Sequence record: NC_054930.1
Reading direction: 5' to 3' (one strand)
DNA length: 64,000 bases
Source of the DNA: Escherichia phage PP01
Numbering within the stretch: the stretch's first letter is position 1; the number at the start of each line of letters is the position of its first letter. Positions 9,629 through 19,384 of this stretch are shown here, piece after piece. The notes beneath the pieces are model-generated. The model searched no databases. It saw only the letters and a list, made by a program, of their open reading frames with translations, and was not told the DNA's origin. The translations under genes were made by a program, and so were the position numbers.

Positions 9629-10027
9629 TTATACTCTATTACTGGAAGCCAGTTGCAGTTTTATCTGCTCAATATCATCAGGGTTATCAATGACCGAAAA
9701 GCGTATTTCTACTATCAGAGTATAATCATCATAAACCGGTATTACATTAACTGCTAATTTATCAATACGTGGCTCATAGTTTCTTACTGCGCTTTCGATG
9801 TTACGCTCAACCGTATCAGCAGTAAGAGGAGTCATATTTTCAAAAAGCTGATCTGATAAATCACATCCAAATTCAGGGTCAAACGGTCTTGAACCTTTTC
9901 TTGTTGTAATAATTCCTAAAAGACTGTTTTTAATTGACCTTAATCCAAGCGATCTGGAAACGTCTTTGTTCCAATCCATTTTCATTTCCGGGTCAATGTC
10001 AGAATAAAGCTTATTAATATTTGCCAT
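9629..10027 (-). CDS. 25: Baseplate wedge protein gp25
   Basis: 132 aa; synteny 26-25. Confidence 0.85.
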   Translation of the reverse strand: MANINKLYSDIDPEMKMDWNKDVSRSLGLRSIKNSLLGIITTRKGSRPFDPEFGCDLSDQLFENMTPLTADTVERNIESAVRNYEPRIDKLAVNVIPVYDDYTLIVEIRFSVIDNPDDIEQIKLQLASSNRV

Positions 10028-10653
10028 TATAGTAACTCAAAGAACTCTTTGAGGCCTCTTATTACGTGAGCATGGGTTTTTCCACACTCTGGACACTTAA
10101 TTGGAACAGCCAAATAAACGGTAGGTTTTAAAAGCATATCTTTTATAGCTACAATATCTGACTCTGTGATGATAGAATATAAATCTTCTAGTTCCTTTTC
10201 ATTTAAGTCTTCAACTGGAATGCTTTCCCCGTTAGCATGAATCGTTTCTATGCATGATACTATCATGTGGGCTATATTTTTATCATCAAAAATTTTAGGG
10301 TATCGGAATTTAATTTTAATGTCACCCAGTGTATACCAGAGGTCTTCTGGTGCATCTATTTGTGTATGTAATAGATTTATATGGGTTGGTATTTCAGTTC
10401 CACAGGTGCACTTCCAGGAGTTTTCGTGATTAACTTCGCCGAGAGAATGTGCCCATAAATGAATCAACAATAGTTCTGATTCTTGGCGGTTTAAATCTTT
10501 TGCATTTGTGCAGTCTTTGATTAGCTTTTTAACAATTACTTCTACGGAACCATTATTTTTGGCAGTAATAAGTTCTAGATATTCTTTAAGCGTGAATGCG
10601 CGACAATTGATTATTTTAGAACCAACTCTCACATCAAATTTGTATTCATACAT
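10027..10653 (-). CDS. 26: Baseplate hub protein gp26
   Basis: 208 aa; synteny; stop overlaps the gene 25 start. Confidence 0.8.
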   Translation of the reverse strand: MYEYKFDVRVGSKIINCRAFTLKEYLELITAKNNGSVEVIVKKLIKDCTNAKDLNRQESELLLIHLWAHSLGEVNHENSWKCTCGTEIPTHINLLHTQIDAPEDLWYTLGDIKIKFRYPKIFDDKNIAHMIVSCIETIHANGESIPVEDLNEKELEDLYSIITESDIVAIKDMLLKPTVYLAVPIKCPECGKTHAHVIRGLKEFFELL

Positions 10654-10675
10654 ATTTTAGCTCCTTTATTTATCA

Positions 10676-10687
10676 TATTTATAAATA
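10676..10687. promoter_or_regulatory. Overlapping divergent late promoters for genes 26 (minus) and 51 (plus)
   Basis: TATTTATAAATA: TATAAATA on plus at 10680-10687 and on minus at 10676-10683. Confidence 0.55.
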
Positions 10688-10704
10688 GAATAAAAGGAGC
10701 ATCT

Positions 10705-11454
10705 ATGGCAAACATTATTCGTTGTAAATTACCAGATGGTGTTCATCGTTTTAAACCATTTACGGTAGAAGATTATCGAGATTTTTTGTTAGTTCGAAAC
10801 GATATAGAACATCGGTCACCACAAGAACAAAAAGAAATAATTACTGATTTAATTGATGATTATTTTGGAGACTATCCGAAGACTTGGCAACCATTTATAT
10901 TTTTGCAGGTATTTGTAGGGTCAATAGGTAAAACTAAAGTACCGGTCACATTTGTATGTCCAAAATGTAAAAAAGAAAAGACAGTTCCATTTGAAATATA
11001 TCAAAAAGAATTAAAGGAACCTGTTTTTGATGTAGCTAATGTTAAAATTAAATTAAAGTTTCCTTCTGAGTTTTATGAAAATAAAGCAAAGATGATTACT
11101 GAAAATATTCATTCCGTCCAAGTAGATGAAATTTGGTATGATTGGAAGGAAATTAGCGAGTCCAGTCAAATAGAACTAGTTGACGCCATCGAGATAGAAA
11201 CATTAGAAAAAATTCTCGATGCAATGAATCCTATTAATTTAACTCTACATATGTCATGCTGTAATAAGTACATTAAAAAATACACTGATATAGTAGACGT
11301 GTTTAAGCTATTAGTTAACCCAGATGAGATATTTACTTTTTATCAAATTAATCACACACTCGTAAAAAGTAATTATAGCTTAAATTCAATAATGAAAATG
11401 ATTCCTGCCGAGCGCGGATTCGTATTAAAACTGATTGAGAAGGATAAACAATAA
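10705..11454 (+). CDS. 51: Baseplate hub assembly protein gp51
   Basis: 249 aa; synteny. Confidence 0.8.
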   Translation: MANIIRCKLPDGVHRFKPFTVEDYRDFLLVRNDIEHRSPQEQKEIITDLIDDYFGDYPKTWQPFIFLQVFVGSIGKTKVPVTFVCPKCKKEKTVPFEIYQKELKEPVFDVANVKIKLKFPSEFYENKAKMITENIHSVQVDEIWYDWKEISESSQIELVDAIEIETLEKILDAMNPINLTLHMSCCNKYIKKYTDIVDVFKLLVNPDEIFTFYQINHTLVKSNYSLNSIMKMIPAERGFVLKLIEKDKQ

Positions 11455-12629
11455 TGAGTATGTTGCAACGCCCCGGATATCCAAATCTCAGCGTTAAATT
11501 ATTTGATAGCTACGACGCTTGGAGTAATAATAGATTTGTTGAATTAGCTGCTACTATTACCACATTAACTATGCGGGATTCTCTTTATGGCCGAAATGAA
11601 GGAATGCTGCAGTTTTATGATTCTAAAAACATCCATACAAAAATGGATGGAAATGAAATAATTCAGATTTCTGTAGCTAATGCAAACGATATTAATAATG
11701 TTAAAACAAGAGTTTATGGATGTAAGCATTTTTCCGTGTCAGTAGATTCAAAGGGTGATAACATCATTGCTATTGAATTGGGAACTATTCATTCTATAGA
11801 AAATCTTAAATTTGGTAGACCGTTTTTCCCTGATGCAGGTGAATCTATAAAGGAAATGCTTGGCGTCATTTATCAAGATCGCACATTATTAACTCCAGCA
11901 ATAAATGCTATAAATGCTTATGTTCCTGATATTCCGTGGACTAGCACATTTGAAAACTATTTGTCATATGTCAGAGAAGTTGCTCTAGCTGTAGGAAGTG
12001 ACAAATTTGTATTTGTATGGCAAGACATCATGGGAGTTAACATGATGGACTATGATATGATGATAAATCAAGAACCGTATCCAATGATTGTCGGTGAGCC
12101 ATCTTTAATAGGTCAATTCATCCAAGAATTAAAATATCCATTGGCATATGATTTCGTTTGGTTGACTAAATCGAATCCTCACAAACGTGACCCAATGAAA
12201 AATGCTACTATCTATGCGCATTCATTTTTAGATTCTTCAATACCAATGATTACTACAGGAAAGGGTGAAAACTCTATTGTAGTGTCAAGGTCAGGTGCTT
12301 ATTCTGAAATGACTTATAGGAATGGATATGAAGAAGCTATTCGTCTTCAAACTATGGCACAATATGACGGCTATGCTAAATGTTCTACTGTCGGTAATTT
12401 TAACTTGACTCCTGGTGTTAAAATTATTTTTAATGATAGTAAAAACCAATTTAAAACAGAATTTTACGTTGATGAAGTTATTCATGAATTATCCAATAAT
12501 AATTCAGTAACTCATCTATATATGTTCACTAATGCAACGAAACTGGAAACAATAGACCCAGTTAAGGTTAAAAATGAATTTAAATCTGATACTACCACTG
12601 AAGAAAGTAGTTCTTCCAATAAGCAATAA
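11454..12629 (+). CDS. 27: Baseplate hub protein gp27
   Basis: 391 aa; TAATG overlap with gene 51. Confidence 0.85.
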   Translation: MSMLQRPGYPNLSVKLFDSYDAWSNNRFVELAATITTLTMRDSLYGRNEGMLQFYDSKNIHTKMDGNEIIQISVANANDINNVKTRVYGCKHFSVSVDSKGDNIIAIELGTIHSIENLKFGRPFFPDAGESIKEMLGVIYQDRTLLTPAINAINAYVPDIPWTSTFENYLSYVREVALAVGSDKFVFVWQDIMGVNMMDYDMMINQEPYPMIVGEPSLIGQFIQELKYPLAYDFVWLTKSNPHKRDPMKNATIYAHSFLDSSIPMITTGKGENSIVVSRSGAYSEMTYRNGYEEAIRLQTMAQYDGYAKCSTVGNFNLTPGVKIIFNDSKNQFKTEFYVDEVIHELSNNNSVTHLYMFTNATKLETIDPVKVKNEFKSDTTTEESSSSNKQ

Positions 12630-13107
12630 AGAAGTTTCTATTCCTAAAATGGGTCTTAAACACTATAACATTTTAAAAGATGTTAAAGGACCTGATGAAA
12701 ATTTAAAACTTCTTATTGATTCTATTTGTCCGAATTTATCACCGGCAGAAGTTGATTTCGTTTCTATTCATTTATTGGAATTTAATGGAAAGATTAAATC
12801 TCGTAAAGAAATAGATGGCTATACTTATGACATTAATGATGTTTATGTGTGCCAAAGATTAGAATTTCAATACCAAGGAAATACATTTTATTTTAGACCT
12901 CCTGGAAAATTTGAACAATTTTTAACGGTGAGCGATATGTTATCCAAGTGCTTGCTTAAGGTCAATAATGAAGTTAAAGAAATTAATTTTCTTGAGATGC
13001 CAGCATTCGTTTTAAAATGGGCAAATGACATTTTTACAACTTTAGCAATTCCTGGCCCTAATGGTCCAATAACCGGAATTGGCAATATTATTGGATTATT
13101 TGAATGA
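12574..13107 (+). CDS. 28: Baseplate hub distal protein gp28
   Basis: 177 aa; synteny. Confidence 0.8.
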   Translation: MNLNLILPLKKVVLPISNKEVSIPKMGLKHYNILKDVKGPDENLKLLIDSICPNLSPAEVDFVSIHLLEFNGKIKSRKEIDGYTYDINDVYVCQRLEFQYQGNTFYFRPPGKFEQFLTVSDMLSKCLLKVNNEVKEINFLEMPAFVLKWANDIFTTLAIPGPNGPITGIGNIIGLFE

Positions 13108-14876
13108 AAAAGCCACAAGAAATGCAAACGATGCGTAGAAAAGTTATTTCAGATAATAAACCAACACAGGAAGCGGCTAAATCCGCTTCCAATACTTTAT
13201 CTGGACTTAACGATATATCTACGAAATTGGATGATGCTCAAGCTGCTTCTGAATTAATTGCTCAAACTGTCGAAGAAAAATCGAATGAAATAATTGGAGC
13301 AATTGACAATGTAGAAAGCGCAGTGAGTGATACTACTGCTGGTTCTGAGTTAATTGCTGAAACTGTTGAAATTGGCAACAATATTAATAAAGAAATCGGT
13401 GAATCGCTCGGGAGTAAATTAGATAAATTAACGAGTTTATTAGAGCAAAAAATTCAGACAGCTGGAATTCAACAAACAGGAACCAGTTTAGCCACTGTTG
13501 AAAGCGCTATTCCTGTTAAAGTTGTTGAGGATGATACAGCTGAATCTGTGGGTCCTTTATTACCGGCTCCTGAAGCAGTTAATAATGATCCTGACGCTGA
13601 TTTTTTCCCTACCCCTCAGCCAGTTGAACCTAAACAAGAATCACCAGAAGAAAAACAGAAAAAAGACGCATTTAACTTAAAATTATCTCAAGCTTTAGAT
13701 AAATTAACAAAGACTGTTGATTTTGGATTTAAGAAATCCATTTCAATTACTGATAAAATATCAAGCATGTTATTTAAGTATACCGTCAGTGCTGCTATTG
13801 AAGCCGCTAAAATGACTGCAATGATATTGGCTGTTGTTGTTGGAATAGACCTGTTGATGGTTCATTTCAAATATTGGTCAGATAAATTTTCGCAGGCTTG
13901 GGATTTGTTTAGTACAGACTTTACTAAATTCTCTAGCGAAACCGGAACATGGGGTCCTTTATTACAGAGCATCTTTAGTTCTATTGATGAAATTAAAAAA
14001 TTCTGGGAAGCGGGAGATTGGGGCGGTTTGACAGTAGCTATTGTAGAAGGACTTGGAAAGGTTCTTTATAATTTAGGTGAACTTATTCAACTTGGAATGG
14101 CTAAATTATCTGCTGCAATTCTTCGAGTCATTCCTGGAATGAAGGATACTGCTGATGAAGTAGAAGGAAGAGCACTAGAAAATTTCCAAAATTCTACTGG
14201 AGCATCTCTCAATAAAGAAGACCAGGAAAAAGTTGCAAATTATCAAGATAAACGAATGAATGGAGACCTCGGTCCAATAGCAGAAGGACTAGATAAAATT
14301 GCGAACTGGAAAACTCGTGCATCTAACTGGATTCGTGGTGTTGATAATAAAGAAGCACTAACTACCGACGAAGAACGTGCAGCGGAAGAAGAAAAATTAA
14401 AGCAACTTTCGCCGGAAGAAAGAAAAAATGCTTTAATGAAGGCTAATGAAGCTCGTGCCGCGATGATTCGCTTTGAAAAATATGCTGATTCAGCTGATAT
14501 GAGTAAAGACTCAACGGTTAAATCAGTTGAAGCTGCCTATGAAGACCTTAAAAAACGGATGGATGACCCGGATTTAAATAATTCACCGGCAGTTAAAAAA
14601 GAACTTGCTGCTAGATTTTCTAAAATTGATGCTACTTATCAAGAACTCAAGAAAAATCAGCCTAATGCCAAACCTGAAACTTCTGCTAAATCGCCAGAAG
14701 CAAAACAAGTCCAGGTTATTGAAAAGAACAAAGCACAACAAGCTCCTGTTCAACAAGCATCTCCTTCAATCAATAATACTAATAATGTTATTAAGAAAAA
14801 TACTGTCGTTCATAATATGACACCCGTAACGAGCACGACTGCTCCTGGTGTATTTGATGCGACTGGAGTTAATTAA
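13104..14876 (+). CDS. 29: Tail tube length-determination (tape measure) protein gp29
   Basis: 590 aa; ATGA overlap with gene 28. Confidence 0.85.
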   Translation: MKKPQEMQTMRRKVISDNKPTQEAAKSASNTLSGLNDISTKLDDAQAASELIAQTVEEKSNEIIGAIDNVESAVSDTTAGSELIAETVEIGNNINKEIGESLGSKLDKLTSLLEQKIQTAGIQQTGTSLATVESAIPVKVVEDDTAESVGPLLPAPEAVNNDPDADFFPTPQPVEPKQESPEEKQKKDAFNLKLSQALDKLTKTVDFGFKKSISITDKISSMLFKYTVSAAIEAAKMTAMILAVVVGIDLLMVHFKYWSDKFSQAWDLFSTDFTKFSSETGTWGPLLQSIFSSIDEIKKFWEAGDWGGLTVAIVEGLGKVLYNLGELIQLGMAKLSAAILRVIPGMKDTADEVEGRALENFQNSTGASLNKEDQEKVANYQDKRMNGDLGPIAEGLDKIANWKTRASNWIRGVDNKEALTTDEERAAEEEKLKQLSPEERKNALMKANEARAAMIRFEKYADSADMSKDSTVKSVEAAYEDLKKRMDDPDLNNSPAVKKELAARFSKIDATYQELKKNQPNAKPETSAKSPEAKQVQVIEKNKAQQAPVQQASPSINNTNNVIKKNTVVHNMTPVTSTTAPGVFDATGVN

Positions 14877-14884
14877 GGAATAAT

Positions 14885-15979
14885 ATGGCAATTGTTAAAG
14901 AAATAACTGCTGATTTAATTAAAAAGTCCGGTGAGAAAATTTCAGCCGGACAGAGTACTAAATCAGAAGTAGGAACTAAAACATACACAGCCCAGTTTCC
15001 AACTGGGCGTGCTAGTGGTAATGACACTACAGGGGACTTCCAGGTAACAGATCTATATAAGAATGGATTATTATTTACTGCATACAATATGTCATCTAGG
15101 GATTCTGGAAGTCTTAGATCGATGAGATCTAACTACTCTTCTTCATCTTCGAGTATTTTACGTACAGCCAGAAACACTATCAGTAATACAGTATCAAAAC
15201 TGTCAAATGGATTAATATCAGATAATAATTCAGGAACAATAAGTAAAGCCCCTGTTGCAAATATTCTTTTACCAAGATCTAAATCTGATGTTGATACATC
15301 ATCACATAGATTTAATGATGTTCAAGAAAGTCTTATCAGCAGAGGCGGAGGTACTGCTACTGGTGTGCTAAGTAATATTGCTTCAACTGCAGTATTTGGA
15401 GCACTGGAAAGTATAACACAAGGTATAATGGCTGATAATAATGAACAGATTTATACGACAGCCAGAAGTATGTATGGCGGCGCTGAGAATAGAACTAAAG
15501 TGTTTACATGGGATTTGACTCCACGTTCAACAGAAGATTTAATGGCTATTATTAATATCTATCAATATTTTAACTATTTTTCTTATGGTGAAACGGGTAA
15601 ATCTCAATACGCTGCTGAAATAAAGGGGTATTTAGATGATTGGTATCGTTCTACGTTAATTGAACCTTTATCTCCGGAAGACGCAGCTAAAAATAAAACA
15701 CTATTTGAGAAAATGACATCGAGTTTAACTAACGTCCTAGTAGTTTCAAACCCGACAATTTGGATGGTGAAAAACTTTGGTGCAACATCTAAGTTTGATG
15801 GAAAAACGGAAATATTTGGCCCATGCCAAATACAGAGCATCAGATTTGATAAAACACCTAATGGTAACTTTAACGGATTAGCTATTGCTCCAAACCTCCC
15901 TAGTACATTTACTCTTGAGATTACTATGAGAGAAATTATCACGTTAAACCGTGCTTCTTTATATGCGGGGACTTTTTAA
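14885..15979 (+). CDS. 48: Baseplate tail-tube junction protein gp48
   Basis: 364 aa; synteny. Confidence 0.85.
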   Translation: MAIVKEITADLIKKSGEKISAGQSTKSEVGTKTYTAQFPTGRASGNDTTGDFQVTDLYKNGLLFTAYNMSSRDSGSLRSMRSNYSSSSSSILRTARNTISNTVSKLSNGLISDNNSGTISKAPVANILLPRSKSDVDTSSHRFNDVQESLISRGGGTATGVLSNIASTAVFGALESITQGIMADNNEQIYTTARSMYGGAENRTKVFTWDLTPRSTEDLMAIINIYQYFNYFSYGETGKSQYAAEIKGYLDDWYRSTLIEPLSPEDAAKNKTLFEKMTSSLTNVLVVSNPTIWMVKNFGATSKFDGKTEIFGPCQIQSIRFDKTPNGNFNGLAIAPNLPSTFTLEITMREIITLNRASLYAGTF

Positions 15980-16944
15980 TGTATTCTTTAGAGGAATTTA
16001 ATAATCAAGCAATAAACGCAGATTTCCAACGTAATAATATGTTTAGCTGCGTTTTTGCGACAACTCCATCAACTAAAAGCTCTTCGTTGATAAGTTCAAT
16101 TAGCAACTTTTCTTATAATAACTTGGGTCTAAATTCAGATTGGTTAGGATTGACTCAAGGCGATATTAATCAGGGAATTACCACGCTAATTACAGCTGGC
16201 ACACAAAAACTGATAAGAAAATCAGGGGTTAGTAAATATCTTATTGGTGCCATGAGTCAACGTACAGTTCAAAGTTTATTAGGCTCATTTACAGTTGGTA
16301 CATATTTAATTGACTTCTTTAACATGGCATATAACTCATCTGGATTGATGATATACTCCGTAAAAATGCCAGAGAATAGATTATCCTATGAAACTGACTG
16401 GAACTATAATTCTCCTAATATTCGTATAACTGGGAGAGAATTAGACCCTTTGGTTATTTCATTTAGGATGGATTCAGAAGCATGTAACTATCGTGCAATG
16501 CAAGACTGGGTTAACGCTGTTCAAGACCCAGTAACTGGACTGCGTGCTTTGCCACAAGATGTCGAGGCAGACATTCAAGTTAATCTTCATGCTCGTAATG
16601 GATTACCTCATACTGCTGTGATGTTCACCGGATGCATTCCAGTGTCAGTGAGCGCTCCTGAGTTATCATATGATGGAGATAATCAAATAACTACATTTGA
16701 TGTTACTTTTGCGTATAGAGTCATGCAGGCTGGAGCAGTTGATAGACAAGCTGCGCTTGAATGGCTTGAATCTGCTGCTATAAATGGCATTCAAAGCGTT
16801 CTCGGAAATAGTGGAGGTGTTACTGGACTATCTAATTCGCTTTCACGACTTAGTAGATTAGGAGGAACTGCAGGAAGCATTTCAAACATTAATACTATGA
16901 CGGGAATTGTCAACTCGCAAAGTAAAATATTAGGAGCAATATAA
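15979..16944 (+). CDS. 54: Baseplate tail-tube initiator gp54
   Basis: 321 aa; synteny. Confidence 0.85.
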   Translation: MYSLEEFNNQAINADFQRNNMFSCVFATTPSTKSSSLISSISNFSYNNLGLNSDWLGLTQGDINQGITTLITAGTQKLIRKSGVSKYLIGAMSQRTVQSLLGSFTVGTYLIDFFNMAYNSSGLMIYSVKMPENRLSYETDWNYNSPNIRITGRELDPLVISFRMDSEACNYRAMQDWVNAVQDPVTGLRALPQDVEADIQVNLHARNGLPHTAVMFTGCIPVSVSAPELSYDGDNQITTFDVTFAYRVMQAGAVDRQAALEWLESAAINGIQSVLGNSGGVTGLSNSLSRLSRLGGTAGSISNINTMTGIVNSQSKILGAI

Positions 16945-16948
16945 CAAT

Positions 16949-16978
16949 GGGGACCTTTCGGTCCCCGTGTTTTTATTT
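16949..16978 (+). terminator. Terminator after gene 54
   Basis: GGGGACC-TTTC-GGTCCCC hairpin followed by GTGTTTTTATTT. Confidence 0.6.
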
Positions 16979-17263
16979 ACGGAATGAAATAAAAGCAGCA
17001 ACTGAAGCAACTAAACTGTCTTCAATATAAACTTCAATTTTTACCGGAGCTTCTGACTCAAATTTACCTGTTACTACACCTTGGAAAATGCTTTCAGTCT
17101 GCTCTGGCTTTGAAAAATTTTCAGAAGGAAAAATTCCGAACTTTTTATCTGTTCCAAAAATTTTGATAAATTCATCATAAACTGCTTCATTAAAAGCGTT
17201 ATCAGCAGGAATAACGCCTTCAACTACGAGTTCTTGACCTAAAAAGCGCAAAGAAGATTTCAT
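16973..17263 (-). CDS. Hypothetical protein (alt.-3-like position)
   Basis: 96-aa ORF with ATG and GAGGA SD, directly downstream of an early promoter. Confidence 0.55.
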   Translation of the reverse strand: MKSSLRFLGQELVVEGVIPADNAFNEAVYDEFIKIFGTDKKFGIFPSENFSKPEQTESIFQGVVTGKFESEAPVKIEVYIEDSLVASVAAFISFRK

Positions 17264-17294
17264 TTTGTGTTCCTCATGTTATGTCAGTAAGATT

Positions 17295-17323
17295 ATTATA
17301 ACACAACACGAGGGACTTGTAAA
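17295..17323 (-). promoter_or_regulatory. T4-type early promoter
   Basis: Minus strand GTTTACA-N17-TATAAT; part of a 55-bp cassette repeated at 32857-32911. Confidence 0.6.
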
Positions 17324-19381
17324 CTACATTTTGAACTTTTTAGACATTCCGTTGATGTTAACCAAAGAAGCCAAGATTTGAGAAACTTCATTTTCCTCTT
17401 CTTTTGATTCTTCTACAAGGAATTGATTAAATCCAGCCATTGGACGAACTTCACCAGTTTCCATTAGATGGTCGCCATCATATACCGATTCTTTTAATTG
17501 TTCAGAAGGAGGAACGATTGTGCCTTCGATTAAATACTTATTATAAGCAGTTTCTTTCATCATGTACGTACTCACTTTATTAATCTTCAGCAAAATTCCA
17601 CGCGGTAAAATAACTTCAGCTTCTGACGGAAATCCTGATAAATGCCCTGGAACGATAACTTTGATTCGCTCAGCTCCTTTAATTACCATACCCACGCTAG
17701 TTTCAGCATCTTCATTCGCATAAGCAGAATGACTGCCCATATGCATTAAATCTTCAGCATCAACGGAACCTTCTCCTTCACCAGAAAATACTGCACCGGA
17801 ATCATCTAGAGCCATATAGTTTTTACCATACTCACCGAAGATATTTGGTTTAAGCGATGTGGATACGAAGTTCTTGAAATAGAACATTTTATTTTCAATA
17901 TTATGACGTAAAGTTTTAAAGGTAACTTCTTGTCCACGGTAAAGTGTAGTTCCTGGAGGAAGAACTGATCCTTTGGCAAAGGCAGAATCCATTGTCTCGA
18001 TGTGTTTAATAGCTCGTTCCATGTATTCTTCACGTGTAGAATCCGGTTTACCTAAAAGGAACGAGTTCATTTCAACATATGAATCTGCACAATAATCTTC
18101 AATTACATCAGACTCAGCCTGAGTTAATCCTTTTGGAGTTACTTCAGTACTTGCATATTCATACGCTTGAGAAGCAGACTCATTAATCAATTTATAAACG
18201 CCATTCATGACAAATTGAATAATAGCTACCTTTTCATCTGGCGTGGCTTTAGAACCTTTAACTAAATCATTGACGATTTTCTTAATAACATCAAAGCTAT
18301 TAGAAATATTAATGTCAGCAAGATCGCTTAAAATTTTATCAGTTTTATAATCAAAAAATTCTTTATTCTTTAAATATTCTTGAGAACCTTGATATGTTAT
18401 ATCGCTCTGTAACTTGATAGATGGATCACGTAAACGTGCATGAGCCAATGCAATATGATTTCGGAAGCTTTCTAGTTCATAATCACTAGATTTAAAACGA
18501 GAAGCACTTCTCATACCACCGATAGCTCCTTTGCTGAAGTTTGAACCAACCTGAATAACGCCGGAGTTCATTGGTCCTTCTGCTTTATATACCGGAACTT
18601 TAGATTCAAACTCTTGGTATTTCTTAGCAGCGAAGCTATCACCCTGAAGTGAAGCATCGACGGTAGAGTATTGAGCTTGTGCTGCTAATCGACGACTAAT
18701 TTTAGTTTTCTGAATAACAGCTTGATCCGTGCGCTTATCATTTTCTAAAGCAATAGAAGCGGCAACAGCGACAGCTTTAGGAACAGCATTACCTGTTTTA
18801 ACATCTACATAAACATCACCAACCTTTGATTCAACTTTTGTGAATAACTCAGTTGAAATAGGAGGTACACCTGGAATGTCTTCTAAATTGGCATTTTTAC
18901 GGTAAACCATAATATATGCATATTTCTTATCATAGTCCCAGATTTCCTTTAAAAGAACATATCGACCTGCTCCTTTAGTACGTACTAAACGGTCGGCAAT
19001 AACTTGCATTTGACGAGCTGCGCCATTTGTTTTACTCTTTAGTACGCGGAATAAGCATGCGTCAATTTTGTACTGTTTCATTGTCTGAAGAGCAGTATCA
19101 AAAACCGCATTAATGACACCAATTGGATTTCCACCCAAGTTTTTAAGTTTAACTAATGATAGTTTCTCATTAACACCTATCATTACGATATGCATCATTT
19201 TATCGCCTGGCTTAACGTTTTTATTCGTATCACCGCCAGAGGTGTATGTACAAAATCTAAATCCAGGAAGCACGCTTTCTTCGCCTGCTTGAATAGCAAA
19301 AATTTGAGGTATTTTATGCTTAGGATTTAAGTTAACAACCGGCGCCGAAGCGCCGTCAAATAATTCTGTAATAAGTTCCAT
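17324..19381 (-). CDS. Alt-family mono-ADP-ribosyltransferase paralog (distal copy)
   Basis: 685 aa; Alt-like N-terminus MELITELFD...; R-S-E motifs LYRGQ, FVSTSL, EAEVILPRG. Confidence 0.8.
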   Translation of the reverse strand: MELITELFDGASAPVVNLNPKHKIPQIFAIQAGEESVLPGFRFCTYTSGGDTNKNVKPGDKMMHIVMIGVNEKLSLVKLKNLGGNPIGVINAVFDTALQTMKQYKIDACLFRVLKSKTNGAARQMQVIADRLVRTKGAGRYVLLKEIWDYDKKYAYIMVYRKNANLEDIPGVPPISTELFTKVESKVGDVYVDVKTGNAVPKAVAVAASIALENDKRTDQAVIQKTKISRRLAAQAQYSTVDASLQGDSFAAKKYQEFESKVPVYKAEGPMNSGVIQVGSNFSKGAIGGMRSASRFKSSDYELESFRNHIALAHARLRDPSIKLQSDITYQGSQEYLKNKEFFDYKTDKILSDLADINISNSFDVIKKIVNDLVKGSKATPDEKVAIIQFVMNGVYKLINESASQAYEYASTEVTPKGLTQAESDVIEDYCADSYVEMNSFLLGKPDSTREEYMERAIKHIETMDSAFAKGSVLPPGTTLYRGQEVTFKTLRHNIENKMFYFKNFVSTSLKPNIFGEYGKNYMALDDSGAVFSGEGEGSVDAEDLMHMGSHSAYANEDAETSVGMVIKGAERIKVIVPGHLSGFPSEAEVILPRGILLKINKVSTYMMKETAYNKYLIEGTIVPPSEQLKESVYDGDHLMETGEVRPMAGFNQFLVEESKEEENEVSQILASLVNINGMSKKFKM

Positions 19382-19384
19382 GAT

